Source: a virus
Strand: one strand, 5' to 3'
DNA length: 64,000 nt
Virus record (IMG/VR): IMGVR_UViG_3300035698_010625
Location: 41,619-105,618 of that record
Of this stretch, positions 1 through 9,441 are shown one piece after another; positions within the stretch are counted from its first letter, which is position 1; each line of letters begins with the position of its first letter. The notes below the pieces were generated by a model that saw nothing but the letters and a program-made list of their open reading frames with translations, made no database searches and was not told the origin of the DNA. The translations under genes and the position numbers were made by a program.

Positions 1-1
1 A

Positions 2-331
2 GATTATAAGGATAGGCACCGAATCTATAGGTCTCTCGATAAAGTATTAAAAGCTCAAAATGGTGATTTAACAATCATCGCTGGTGGCGCTAACGGTGTA
101 GATACTATTGCTGAAGAATGGGCAGTAGAAAATAATCTGGAGACAGATATCTACCCTGCTGACTGGGATAATCTAGGGAAGAAAGCTGGATATGTCAGAA
201 ACGCACAAATGCTTGAAGAAGGTAAACCCGATTATGTCCTAGCCTTTCCCGGAGGTCCAGGGACTAAAATGATGAAAAATCTAGCACGCAAGAAAAAGAT
301 TGGTGTTCTTGTAGTATCTAGTAAAGGATAG
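2..331 (+). CDS. SLOG/YspA-like (DUF2493-type) protein, 5' partial
   Basis: Open frame from the window edge: IIAGGANGVDTIAEEWA...YPADWDNLGKKAGYVRNAQML...AFPGGPGT, typical SLOG motifs. Confidence 0.75.
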   Translation, partial: DYKDRHRIYRSLDKVLKAQNGDLTIIAGGANGVDTIAEEWAVENNLETDIYPADWDNLGKKAGYVRNAQMLEEGKPDYVLAFPGGPGTKMMKNLARKKKIGVLVVSSKG

Positions 332-334
332 ATA

Positions 335-703
335 ATGAAATTATGGGATCACGTAAACGCAATTAATAGCGGTAAAGGTACTCTTGCCGATGATCTGTCA
401 GAATACAAACCCTTTCTCATTAACCGTCAGTTATCGTATTTCAAAGATACAGTCTTCATAGCAGCAGAAATGAATTCTCATGCAAATCTCGATAAAGATA
501 TGCAACATGCTTTTCTTATAAATATTGTGAGGCCGAGGAAACGTTTTTCTAAATGGGCGAAAGCTCCGAAGGACGCTGATTTTTCTGCTGTTATGGAGTA
601 CTTTGGTTATGGACCCGTGAAAGCCAAGGAAGCTCTTAAAATCCTTACCGATGATGATCTACGCGATCTGAAAAAAGAATTAGAAAAAGGCGGTAAACAA
701 TGA
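335..703 (+). CDS. gp62: Clamp loader small subunit (T4 gp62-like)
   Basis: YKPFLINRQLS...RPRKRFSKWAK...KAKEALKIL motifs; directly upstream of regA as in T4. Confidence 0.9.
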   Translation: MKLWDHVNAINSGKGTLADDLSEYKPFLINRQLSYFKDTVFIAAEMNSHANLDKDMQHAFLINIVRPRKRFSKWAKAPKDADFSAVMEYFGYGPVKAKEALKILTDDDLRDLKKELEKGGKQ

Positions 704-1101
704 ACTTTGATATTAACGATTTAGTGGAGGTGTCTTTAAAAACTGACGATGATTTTCTGAAGATTAAAGAGACACTAACTAGAATTGGAATTGCTTCTAA
801 GAAAGATAATGTACTATACCAATCGTGCCACATCCTACACAAACGTGGACGATACTTTATCATTCATTTTAAGGAATTATTTGCTTTAGACGGTAAGCCA
901 TTTAACATGACAGAGGATGACATTGGAAGGCGTAATACCATCTCTAGCCTTATCGCAGAGTGGGGTTTAGCTGCAATTGTAAATCCGGAATCTATGGAGC
1001 AACCACGCGCTCCTATGGCGAAAATCAAAATCCTACCTTGGAAAGAAAAGGACGACTGGGACCTAGTAGCCAAGTACGATATCGGTAAAAAGCGTACATA
1101 A
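700..1101 (+). CDS. regA: Translational repressor RegA
   Basis: DDFLKIKETLTRIGIAS...LYQSCHILHKRGRYFIIHFKELF signature. Confidence 0.97.
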   Translation: MNFDINDLVEVSLKTDDDFLKIKETLTRIGIASKKDNVLYQSCHILHKRGRYFIIHFKELFALDGKPFNMTEDDIGRRNTISSLIAEWGLAAIVNPESMEQPRAPMAKIKILPWKEKDDWDLVAKYDIGKKRT

Positions 1102-1102
1102 G

Positions 1103-1122
1103 AAAGGGGCCATGTCGGCCCC
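1103..1122. terminator. Hairpin between convergent regA and leftward early genes
   Basis: GGGGCC-ATGTC-GGCCCC stem-loop just after the regA stop. Confidence 0.55.
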
Positions 1123-1154
1123 CGATCCCTCCATAAACGGTCAATCATGGCCGC

Positions 1155-1460
1155 TTAATTATTGATTTCCACCTGCACTTTAGTAGTTACCACCACAGGT
1201 TCTACTTTAAATGCACGATATTTTGGTGGCCCTCCTGAGCGTTTTTCCATTTCAGAAATCGCTAGAACAAAATCTTCTTTATCTGTGTATGCAACATAAT
1301 CTAGATTAGGCTCATTGCTAGCAGGATAACCATGCCCTAGATTACTCCTCGAGCGCTCATCACCGGGAACATATCTAGTAGTGAAGTGCATGATTCCCCA
1401 ATGTGGACCTTTAGGACAATCCCTTTCTCGGCGAACATAAAACGTATTACTATTTTTCAT
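1155..1460 (-). CDS. Hypothetical protein
   Basis: ORF in a tightly packed minus-strand run; ATG overlaps the stop of the upstream gene. Confidence 0.6.
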   Translation of the reverse strand: MKNSNTFYVRRERDCPKGPHWGIMHFTTRYVPGDERSRSNLGHGYPASNEPNLDYVAYTDKEDFVLAISEMEKRSGGPPKYRAFKVEPVVVTTKVQVEINN

Positions 1461-1843
1461 GATGCTAATTTTCCATTGTAAACGTGTTTCCAAATATCGT
1501 CTTCATTAAATGAGCTTCTAAATCCAGCGCGTACTAAATCAAAACTCTCCATATGATGATCATGTGCTAACACAGCAACTGCCGTGTGCATACCTTCCAT
1601 ACTATCTTCATCTTCATAAAAATCAGCGTATTGTTCTCCACTGTTAAATAGAAGATTTGTTAGATAAATCATTCGGGCACTATTACCACCTTCCAAAATA
1701 ATGAGGGTTTTGTGATCTTCACACCACTGATTTACATATTCATTATTTTGATGAACCAATTCTGCTACTGCATGAGCGCTCTGGATGCCTTTCTGCAAAG
1801 GACTCAACCACGTATGGGCAAACACATATACTCTCATTACCAT
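1457..1843 (-). CDS. Peptidyl-tRNA hydrolase 2 (PTH2)-like protein
   Basis: QKGIQSAHAVAEL...W..DHKTLIILEGG...F.EDED...TAVAV pattern resembling the PTH2 fold. Confidence 0.55.
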   Translation of the reverse strand: MVMRVYVFAHTWLSPLQKGIQSAHAVAELVHQNNEYVNQWCEDHKTLIILEGGNSARMIYLTNLLFNSGEQYADFYEDEDSMEGMHTAVAVLAHDHHMESFDLVRAGFRSSFNEDDIWKHVYNGKLAS

Positions 1844-2244
1844 TCTCCCCCAAATTCATTATTTGGATCAGTATCAATTCTGATATCACCAAAGTAAATA
1901 GTACTCTCATCCATTCCAACTTCAAATGGCTCTTTAAAAGTAATTACAGCACCAGATCCTCTTTCGACGAGTTTAGCAAGATCAACACCATTAATGTCCC
2001 CAACAGTGAAATCGTCGAAGTGGATGCAACCGATAGTACCGGAATCCACAGAGTACTTCCGGCCGAAATCATCTTCGAAACGTCCATCCCCATAAGTTGT
2101 ATTGAAAGCAGCCATGTGCGCATTGTTTCTCTCCTTTACTTTAAAGTCATTATTTTCAATTACATATTCACACATATAATCCCAATCATTATCATCAATC
2201 ACGTAGCAAAGATCACCTACGTAATATCGTCCAGGTTTCATCAT
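1837..2244 (-). CDS. Conserved phage hypothetical protein
   Basis: PGRYYVGDLCYV...TTYGDG...VDSGTIG motif recurrent in large phages. Confidence 0.7.
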   Translation of the reverse strand: MMKPGRYYVGDLCYVIDDNDWDYMCEYVIENNDFKVKERNNAHMAAFNTTYGDGRFEDDFGRKYSVDSGTIGCIHFDDFTVGDINGVDLAKLVERGSGAVITFKEPFEVGMDESTIYFGDIRIDTDPNNEFGGEW

Positions 2245-2567
2245 TATTCAAATTCTCTCTTAAGTTCTTCAAATTCCCGTAGTCGCGCTGCTTTAGCAAC
2301 AACCTCCCGCTCAGTAATTCGGTCATGTTTACGATTAGAAACCCTTACAATAACATCTGTCATAGCTTCACTGGATTGTTCAATAATTTCAAATGTTATT
2401 AGTTTACAATCTTTATAAACATTCTCCGCAGCATATGTACCCATCATTACAATATGATTAGATATATGTCCCAATGCAGCCCAAGTTTTTCCTCTTGGAT
2501 TGAATTTAGGGTGACTTGTTCCAGTAGAAAAGTTACCATTCTTATCGCGTATTTTAAAGACTAACAT
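2244..2567 (-). CDS. Hypothetical protein
   Basis: ORF with overlapping start/stop packing. Confidence 0.65.
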   Translation of the reverse strand: MLVFKIRDKNGNFSTGTSHPKFNPRGKTWAALGHISNHIVMMGTYAAENVYKDCKLITFEIIEQSSEAMTDVIVRVSNRKHDRITEREVVAKAARLREFEELKREFE

Positions 2568-3123
2568 CTTTGATTGTTATCTCCCCTTTCCATGGCTGAA
2601 TGAAATCTACCCAAGACTCGTGATCCAAAGTAATAGGATATTTTCTACGCAGTGAAACTAGCTTTGAATAGGACGGTGTATATGGTTTGTGCCGTGGCTT
2701 TTTGTTTTTCGCATCTGTGTCACCATAATTATGATTACAAGGACCACACGACGCGAGATAATTGTTCCAACCATCTCGCCCTCCTTTTGCTTTCGGAATG
2801 TAATGATCATAAGTAAGTGTATCAATTGAAAGCGGACAACTGCAGTATACACACTTGTAGTTGTCTCTCAGAAGGATATATTGCTTATTGTAAGGAACTG
2901 TCTCAGGTCTCTTAAAGTATTTAGTTCGCGCCATCACTGACGGTACAGGGATATGGTGTTTCCCACCTGCAGTACTAAAGACACGATCATATGTCGCAAC
3001 AGTAAAGCACGTCCCATTAAGTACGCGTACAATAGCTTGTTCTACCTGATTAGCACGCATAGTCAGTGCATTCACTGGCATCATGTCAGCATTTAATACA
3101 AGTGTCTTTAGTCCAATACTCAT
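2554..3123 (-). CDS. HNH endonuclease (McrA-like)
   Basis: TLVLNAD N-terminus; RDNYKCVYC...TYDHYIPKAKGG...WNN..ASCGPCN. Confidence 0.9.
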   Translation of the reverse strand: MSIGLKTLVLNADMMPVNALTMRANQVEQAIVRVLNGTCFTVATYDRVFSTAGGKHHIPVPSVMARTKYFKRPETVPYNKQYILLRDNYKCVYCSCPLSIDTLTYDHYIPKAKGGRDGWNNYLASCGPCNHNYGDTDAKNKKPRHKPYTPSYSKLVSLRRKYPITLDHESWVDFIQPWKGEITIKDVSL

Positions 3124-3257
3124 TTACTTTCTTCTCTTAACTTGAAACGTAATTCTCCAGTAAAGTTTAACTTTACACCAAAACTCTTGGGGAATGCCAG
3201 CAGCGCAAAATAGCATCACTAGCATCGCTGCTACAGATATATATGCTACCCACTCCA

Positions 3258-3641
3258 TTAGAGAGCTTCCCAAGCTGCATTACCAGTACAACGTGGCTTT
3301 CCATCTGAACCTAGTAGAGGTGTTAGAAAATCACTAACGCGAATGTACGTACACCCAGTTTCTAGATCTTTGTACAATCTGAAATTATCTGCTGGTTTAT
3401 CTACTCGTGGAAATCTATCAACGCTACTAGTAGTTTTTGTTGTTTCTCCTCTTGCTTCTGCCATCGCTTCTTGTTTTCCTTCAACAATTGCTATTACAGA
3501 GAGCATAAGGAACACAATCAGAGAACAGAAAGAGAGAGTCCAAGCTTCATCTCCAATCTTGCTTCGCACAAAATAAGAATGCATTATATAGCATACTGTA
3601 CAAAGAAAAATAAGTGCTGATAGAAATATAAAAAAGTCCAT
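3258..3641 (-). CDS. Membrane protein with two N-terminal TM helices
   Basis: Two hydrophobic segments, then YKDLETGCTY...LTPLLGSDGKP.C. Confidence 0.65.
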   Translation of the reverse strand: MDFFIFLSALIFLCTVCYIMHSYFVRSKIGDEAWTLSFCSLIVFLMLSVIAIVEGKQEAMAEARGETTKTTSSVDRFPRVDKPADNFRLYKDLETGCTYIRVSDFLTPLLGSDGKPRCTGNAAWEAL

Positions 3642-3643
3642 AA

Positions 3644-4402
3644 TTAAATCTCCAGTAGAAGTTCGGGATTATGGTCAGTTTCTTCTGCCCATGTTGATGT
3701 TACATATCCAAAAGCATTACAAACGACGCGCGTATCACCAATGGTATAGTTACTAGGAGAATGAATGTGCCCGTGGAACCAATACTTCGCTCGGGAAATT
3801 CGGACTACTTCATCAAGATTAGATGCAAAGTAACAATTTGATGTTTCTCCTGCATACTTAGCACCAATTGATCGTTCACTTGGAGCATGATGTGTAACAA
3901 TCACTCGAGGAAGGTCTGTCTCCTTTTCCATCTCAGACAGTAACCAAGCAAGGTCCCGTTTGTGACGGTCAAGAATCTCCCACCCTGTAGTTTTACTATG
4001 TTTTGCATCATTAAGAACTCGGTGATACATTTTCTCCATGAATATACCGTCACCGTAAAGATTAAAGTCAGTCCATAGCGTGCAGCCAATGAACTGAACT
4101 CCTTCAACAGTAACTACATCACGATTCAAAAAGTAAACGTCATCATAAAACTCAGCTGCTTCTTTCATTGCAAAGTAGTTAGGTGCTAACCCCGCTTTGT
4201 TGTAATGTTCATGGTTCCCAGCAACCAAGATAACTGGCACCCCTCCAGATCGTGCTCCAATTTGCGCTCCAACATCTACCATCGTTGGGTTATCAAAGAG
4301 ATCCCCTGCAATGACAATGATGTCAGTACCTTCTGGTGCTTTATACTCAGCACCAGGTGTAAATTCATGGTGAAGGTCACTCACTAAATGTATATTTGTC
4401 AT
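3644..4402 (-). CDS. Calcineurin-like metallophosphoesterase
   Basis: SDLH, AGDL, GNHE, THHAP and HGHIH motifs. Confidence 0.93.
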   Translation of the reverse strand: MTNIHLVSDLHHEFTPGAEYKAPEGTDIIVIAGDLFDNPTMVDVGAQIGARSGGVPVILVAGNHEHYNKAGLAPNYFAMKEAAEFYDDVYFLNRDVVTVEGVQFIGCTLWTDFNLYGDGIFMEKMYHRVLNDAKHSKTTGWEILDRHKRDLAWLLSEMEKETDLPRVIVTHHAPSERSIGAKYAGETSNCYFASNLDEVVRISRAKYWFHGHIHSPSNYTIGDTRVVCNAFGYVTSTWAEETDHNPELLLEI

Positions 4403-4986
4403 AAGTTAAGGTCTCGTTAATCCAAGGATCGAATCAACATAGAGCTTCCATGCTGGTTCGTTTAAAGGTTCTGGCTGTCGCACTCCCATTTTTCGAAGCG
4501 CATCGGGATTGCGTACTTCCATGAATTCATGTCTTATAAACCCATCTGCGTTTTTGAAATAAGAGTAAATAAAACCGCGATATGAATATGTAAGAACGTG
4601 AATTTTCATGAAATATCAAATCTCCTTTGGATTGCAGTATCCATAATATATATTGCGGTTATGTTATCAGCATCCAAAGATATCGCACCTAGCGCTGCTT
4701 CAAGAAATAGTTTTTCACTCCCAACAATGCGGTGTTCGCCACCTTCAACCACAATATTAATCGTATACTGTTTATGCATCAGTCAGGCGTCCAGATCCAG
4801 CCGCCGCGTTTCTCCGGTTCGATGCTCCCATGTATTGCTTCAAGGTCAGCGATTTTTCTGCCCAGTCTTCAGCATTTTCCAACGTACCACATATAAAAGC
4901 ATGGTGTTGGATAGAAGTAAATCCAACGTGCCCACAAGGTGAAATTTTCAAATATTTCATACTTTCAATTTCGTAAATGATAAACA

Positions 4987-5364
4987 TCAAACCAAATCTC
5001 CATGTTTTTCAATGAGATAAGCAAGTCGCTCACGTAAAGCTTTTATTTCTTCAAGTGCTTCATATCGAGCTCGCGTTCTTTTATTCGTTGCGATCGCTTG
5101 AACAACCTTGGGATAATCACGAATCATTAAACTACGTTTGGGTACGAATGCATCACCAACCCACATTACAACAAATCCACCATCCAATTCAAGAGCGAGT
5201 GAATGATAGTTGTTGCGAATGATAATGTCAGCAACCCGTCCAGCATCGAGAATTGAGTTATAACGCTCGGCTTCCCACATTGAACCCGTAAGTGACATTG
5301 TTTTGTCATCGTCTAATTTGAAATAACGCAAGCTAGTAGCTTCTTTGATAACGTAATAAGCCAT
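4987..5364 (-). CDS. Hypothetical protein
   Basis: ORF; ATG preceded by a GGAG RBS. Confidence 0.6.
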   Translation of the reverse strand: MAYYVIKEATSLRYFKLDDDKTMSLTGSMWEAERYNSILDAGRVADIIIRNNYHSLALELDGGFVVMWVGDAFVPKRSLMIRDYPKVVQAIATNKRTRARYEALEEIKALRERLAYLIEKHGDLV

Positions 5365-5413
5365 AAAAATTCTCCAATGCTGGGTGAGACAGCGCCCCAC
5401 CCAGTAAGGTTAA

Positions 5414-5662
5414 TTAGAAGAGAGGGCATTCCAGTGCAACCGCCCGGACAACGCCTTGCCAGCTGTGTTTGGAGACGAGTGCAGAGACTGCTTCATCTGC
5501 TGCTTTGTCATCCCCGTAAAGCCAGAGTCGATTAGCGTCAAGACAAGCTTCGACCGCTTCATGATTATCGCTGATACCCTCCATGCAGTCGGGGCCGATG
5601 CAGTTCCAAGTAGTGTACACTGCAGTTTTGATAGCGTCAGAGATTTCAATGTCCATGTTCAC
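5414..5662 (-). CDS. Hypothetical early protein (GC-rich codons)
   Basis: ORF in the leftward early run. Confidence 0.6.
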   Translation of the reverse strand: MNMDIEISDAIKTAVYTTWNCIGPDCMEGISDNHEAVEACLDANRLWLYGDDKAADEAVSALVSKHSWQGVVRAVALECPLF

Positions 5663-5856
5663 CAGCCCAGTTGTTTTTCGAGAAGTTCAATCCGCGCAGC
5701 AGCTACGGTGGCGCGTTCATTGAGGTCGAACGCTTTCTTTTCATCGCCAGCAGTGATAGCGTCATCACGGTCCAAGATGAGAATGTCGTACCCAGCGTTT
5801 TCACTGAGAAGTTGGAGGCCGTTGCGGACGTCGCGCATCAATTGAGTGTCTGGCAT
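5659..5856 (-). CDS. Hypothetical early protein
   Basis: ATG at 5856 (MPDTQL) with an AAGG RBS. Confidence 0.55.
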   Translation of the reverse strand: MPDTQLMRDVRNGLQLLSENAGYDILILDRDDAITAGDEKKAFDLNERATVAAARIELLEKQLGW

Positions 5857-5860
5857 GTTA

Positions 5861-6049
5861 TTAAACCTTCTTGGATTTGTAGATGAAAGGCAGTTCGCGT
5901 TTTGGGGTGATGCGACAGTTGTGCACTTTCCATTTTCCAGAGCGACAAGCTTCGATGCGGCGTTTGCGCGAGATTTTCTTCGCTGGGAGGATTTCAATGA
6001 CTCCGCCTGCAGCGTAGAAGTGAGCCATTTCGCGTTCAGTAGCGTTCAT
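5861..6049 (-). CDS. Small basic early protein
   Basis: MNATEREMAHFYAAGGVIEILPAKK; first gene left of the repeat array. Confidence 0.55.
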   Translation of the reverse strand: MNATEREMAHFYAAGGVIEILPAKKISRKRRIEACRSGKWKVHNCRITPKRELPFIYKSKKV

Positions 6050-6244
6050 AAGAGTAACCAAGTCAGAGGGAGAGAGCGCCCCGAGTGTAATTTTTCTCGG
6101 CCCAAGCTTTCATTTTAGTGACCACTTGGTCCTGGCGCCGTGTCATCGTGTAAGGCGCAGATGGCATGTGGTTGGCCGTTTTTGCTGTTGGAGTTGATAA
6201 GTCCATTCTATATGGTTGAGCCAAATGTTACACATATAAAACCT

Positions 6245-6671
6245 TAATAAAATCAGCCACTTACGGGCCGGTTGCGCTAAGTGATTGATTCTATTAGGAA
6301 ATCATTTGAACTTGTCGTTCGTTCACGCCTATATAAAGGACTAAAAAATATAGTGTAGAATCAGGCACTTAGAGCACATCACTCTAGAGGAAATATAGTG
6401 TAAAGACAGGCACTTAGAGACCAAAAGGGCACTAGAGTTAGGTAACCAAGGTTGACACCTTAATGACCGTCTCAGAAATGACACTAGAGTGAATCCACGA
6501 AAAACGTAACGAAATCAGGCACTTAGAGCCGAATTTCGTGGTTATTTTCTTACCACAAATGGTCATTTTATGTGCAATTGTATCAAAATCAATCACTTAC
6601 GTCACACTCTGGCTTTTTAGTGTAGAATCAATCACTTAGATCATCAGGCTGCTAAGTGCCTGATTTCGTTA
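6245..6671. repeat. Array of eight 13-bp AATCA(G/A)(G/T/C)CACTTA boxes between divergent early genes
   Basis: Copies at 6251, 6278(-), 6359, 6404 (variant AGACAGGCACTTA), 6513, 6587, 6626 and 6653(-); both terminal pairs are inverted with 14-bp spacers. Confidence 0.9.
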
Positions 6672-6682
6672 ACAATTTAGGT

Positions 6683-6711
6683 ATGTTTTTTATTACCACA
6701 CTGTATATAAT
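6683..6711 (+). promoter_or_regulatory. Putative early promoter for the AAA ATPase
   Basis: ATGTTT-N17-TATAAT; a mirror element (ATGTGT...TAGAAT) faces left at about 6205-6235. Confidence 0.45.
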
Positions 6712-6784
6712 GGTCCTTGTCAACACAACAACCTAAACCACGCACTGCACTGACACGCACTGCACTCGACACTAGGAGATACGA

Positions 6785-7756
6785 ATGGCACGCCGCTTTC
6801 GTATGACTGCAAAACGAAAAGCCCGCCTCGATTTTTTGGGCCTTTCGCTTGATGACCTCGACACTGACGTTCAAGGGATTCGCGTAACACGCGACGCCAT
6901 CGACGCCATGGAAGAACTGATGGACGCCGCTGAGTCTGACATGCATCGCCAGCGCTTTTCAGCTGCGACGCTCGCTGAAGACACGCAGGAAACTGACGAC
7001 GAAATCTTGGAGCGCTTGAACGACCGCTTCGAAATTTTGCAGGAACTGACTTCACTGGCCATCAAGGGTACCGCCAAGGGACTCATCGTCTCTGGCCCAC
7101 CCGGCCTTGGAAAATCGCACACCATCATGGAGATGGTTGCTGCTCTCGAACTCGAAGGCAAAGCTGAAGTCATCTCTGGGAAAGTCAAGACCACCGGCTT
7201 GTACAAAGTTCTGCACCGCCACCGCAAGCCCGGCCACGTGGTTGTCTTTGACGACTGCGACTCCATCTTCAGCGATGAAGATTCGCTCAACATGCTGAAG
7301 AAGGTTTGCGACTCCACCAAGACGCGCCGCTTGTCATATCTTTCTGAATACCAGATTGTCGACGAGACCACACTCGAAGTCTGCCCTAACACTTTCGACT
7401 TCGAAGGCGCCGTGATTTTCATCACCAACTACAACTTCGATGATATGATCGAACGCGCCCATCGCCTTTCGCCACATCTCGAAGCCATGGTTTCACGCTC
7501 GCACTACATCGACTTGGCGATGCGCACCAAGCGCGACTACATGCTCCGCATCAAGCATGTAGTCGCGCATGGGATGCTACGCGACAACGGCCTCAACGCT
7601 GAACAAGAAGCAGATGTCATGGATTTCATCGCTGAAAACACCGACAATCTCCGTGAGCTTTCACTCCGCATCGCCCTCAAAATTGGCGCCCTGCGGCTGA
7701 CAAATGGAAATTGGCAGAAAACGGCCCGGGTCACCTGCTGCAGAAACCTAGCATAA
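6785..7756 (+). CDS. AAA+ ATPase
   Basis: Walker A GPPGLGKS, Walker B VVVFDDCD, sensor VIFITN; AGGAG RBS. Confidence 0.9.
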   Translation: MARRFRMTAKRKARLDFLGLSLDDLDTDVQGIRVTRDAIDAMEELMDAAESDMHRQRFSAATLAEDTQETDDEILERLNDRFEILQELTSLAIKGTAKGLIVSGPPGLGKSHTIMEMVAALELEGKAEVISGKVKTTGLYKVLHRHRKPGHVVVFDDCDSIFSDEDSLNMLKKVCDSTKTRRLSYLSEYQIVDETTLEVCPNTFDFEGAVIFITNYNFDDMIERAHRLSPHLEAMVSRSHYIDLAMRTKRDYMLRIKHVVAHGMLRDNGLNAEQEADVMDFIAENTDNLRELSLRIALKIGALRLTNGNWQKTARVTCCRNLA

Positions 7757-8139
7757 TCACTGAGGGCGTGGTTGCACCGGGTCACTCTGGTCCGGTTGCA
7801 CCACACTCTACAAAGGCTGAACTACAATGCACCCAACACTGACTGAAAATCTCAACCGCGGTTGCACCATCGCTTTTCGCATTGCAATCGCCATCACTCT
7901 CATCAAAATTATGGGAGTCGAGTGGAGTATCGATAGCGCCTTGGTTACTTTCGCCGCCGTCTTCGCTTCAGGGTTAAATGTCACTTGGATAGAAGAGGTG
8001 TAACCCATGGAATGGTTTGGATTTTGGATTTTTCTCACTGCACTCGTTTCAGCTGAATATATAGATAGAATGTACAGCAATTATTGTAAGAAGCGAATTG
8101 CTGAAGTTAAACTTTTACTCACAACAAAGGCACAAGATA

Positions 8140-8304
8140 ATGAATGAACAGACCAAGCGTAAGACCGGTAAGCGTCGTTCTGCACTACGCAAAGCGGTTG
8201 CTGATCCCAACGGTATGTTCACTACGCGTAAGCATGCTGACCGCTCCAAATATGAGCGTAAAGCACGCTACAAAAATGATGGCTACCACAACGACGAGAG
8301 TTAA
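8140..8304 (+). CDS. Small basic hypothetical protein
   Basis: Lys/Arg-rich 54-aa ORF. Confidence 0.5.
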   Translation: MNEQTKRKTGKRRSALRKAVADPNGMFTTRKHADRSKYERKARYKNDGYHNDES

Positions 8305-8524
8305 ACAATGGACATCACAGTATACCGTTGGTGCGCTTCGAATGAAAGTGGCTGGTCGACTACTATTTACGGGTCAACACAAAAACGGTATACTGTGAGA
8401 TGGGAGAACACCCCACCCCTGCCCTCGATGTAATGAAGCTCTCAAACCCGTAGCAGTTTCCGTTTAACTTTAAGTGAGGTTGCACAGATGCCTTCAACAG
8501 ATACATACATGAAAAAAACTCCGC

Positions 8525-8854
8525 GTGTCCGTTAATGACATGCTTGTAGTTATCCCAGAAAATATCAACAGTATGAAGTTTGATGTTGATATAAATGGCA
8601 ATCAATTGTCACTGAGCGCTAGTGACATTATTGAAGCAGTAGTTGAATCGGCAGTTAATCTCCGTGCAGGTGCTGAACTTGGTGGTGACAATACAGATGG
8701 TGGGTGTCGCAAAGCTATCACTGCGCTGAACTTGTGGTTGATTGGACTCATGGGAGAAATGCCAATGCAATTTTCAGCAAATGTTTATGCAATGCGCCAC
8801 CATCATCCTGAGTATAAAGAGTATTTGAGATTGAAGAAACTTTTTGAGAAATAA
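8525..8854 (+). CDS. Hypothetical protein
   Basis: ORF ending EYKEYLRLKKLFE, a common phage C-terminus; start uncertain. Confidence 0.55.
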   Translation: MSVNDMLVVIPENINSMKFDVDINGNQLSLSASDIIEAVVESAVNLRAGAELGGDNTDGGCRKAITALNLWLIGLMGEMPMQFSANVYAMRHHHPEYKEYLRLKKLFEK

Positions 8855-8916
8855 TCTCTAAAACATCTCCGGTGTGTATATATAATAGTACAAAAGGAAC
8901 GGTACATCTGTTCCTA

Positions 8917-9073
8917 TTAACCTTTGCTTTAAAAGTTAATCATGTGTTATCCACCTTGCATCTAAGGTATAATTGATACATCGATTGGAACAAAATGGCT
9001 TGCGCCATTACACTGATTAACTTTTACTTTAAGTGTTAACTGTATGTTTTCTGATCGGTAGCTGATATACAAT
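8917..9073 (+). promoter_or_regulatory. Tandem promoter units upstream of the RNA island
   Basis: Two TTAAC-N13-GTTAA palindromes (8917, 9017), each followed by ATGT(G/T)T...TA(T/C)AAT. Confidence 0.45.
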
Positions 9074-9258
9074 AGCTACTTGATTGGAGGAAAGGAAACG
9101 GTAATTACTGCTTCTGATTACTTCAATATCGAATTTAAGTGTAATGCGAAACGAGCTCGCCGGGACACTCTAAAATCCTAAAAGGGGCGGAACCGAGGAT
9201 GGCGTATTTTTACAATACTCAAAAATCCGGATTTCAACAATAATAAGTTTTCATTGGT

Positions 9259-9333
9259 GTGGCCGTGGCCGAATGGTTTAGGTGCCTGACTGTGAATCAG
9301 ATTATATGGGTTCAATTCCCATCGGTCACCCCA
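9259..9333 (+). tRNA. tRNA-His(GTG)
   Basis: Cloverleaf, loop CT-GTG-AA, C73, CCA; no encoded G-1. Confidence 0.93.
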
Positions 9334-9348
9334 ATGAAAATTTACAAT

Positions 9349-9425
9349 GCCCTTCTAGCTAAACTGGACAAGGCCCTCGGCTACGAACTGAGAGATTGAA
9401 GGTTCGAATCCTTCGGAGGGTACCA
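9349..9425 (+). tRNA. tRNA-Arg(ACG)
   Basis: Cloverleaf, CT-ACG-AA, TTCGAAT, CCA. Confidence 0.93.
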
Positions 9426-9441
9426 TATTAAGGAGTTTGTT

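Noticed and set aside
517-524. Late promoter TATAAATA inside gp62
   Set aside because: Within coding sequence and may be chance in AT-rich DNA
6245-6671. CRISPR array
   Set aside because: Boxes are only 13-19 bp, irregularly spaced and in both orientations; no cas genes
6871-7428. 185-aa antisense ORF and other shadow ORFs
   Set aside because: Mirror frames of the GC-rich ATPase gene
9130-9236. Structured RNA before tRNA-His (similar patches at 9975-10045 and 12260-12340)
   Set aside because: GC-rich patches suggest structure, but I could not derive a convincing fold by eye
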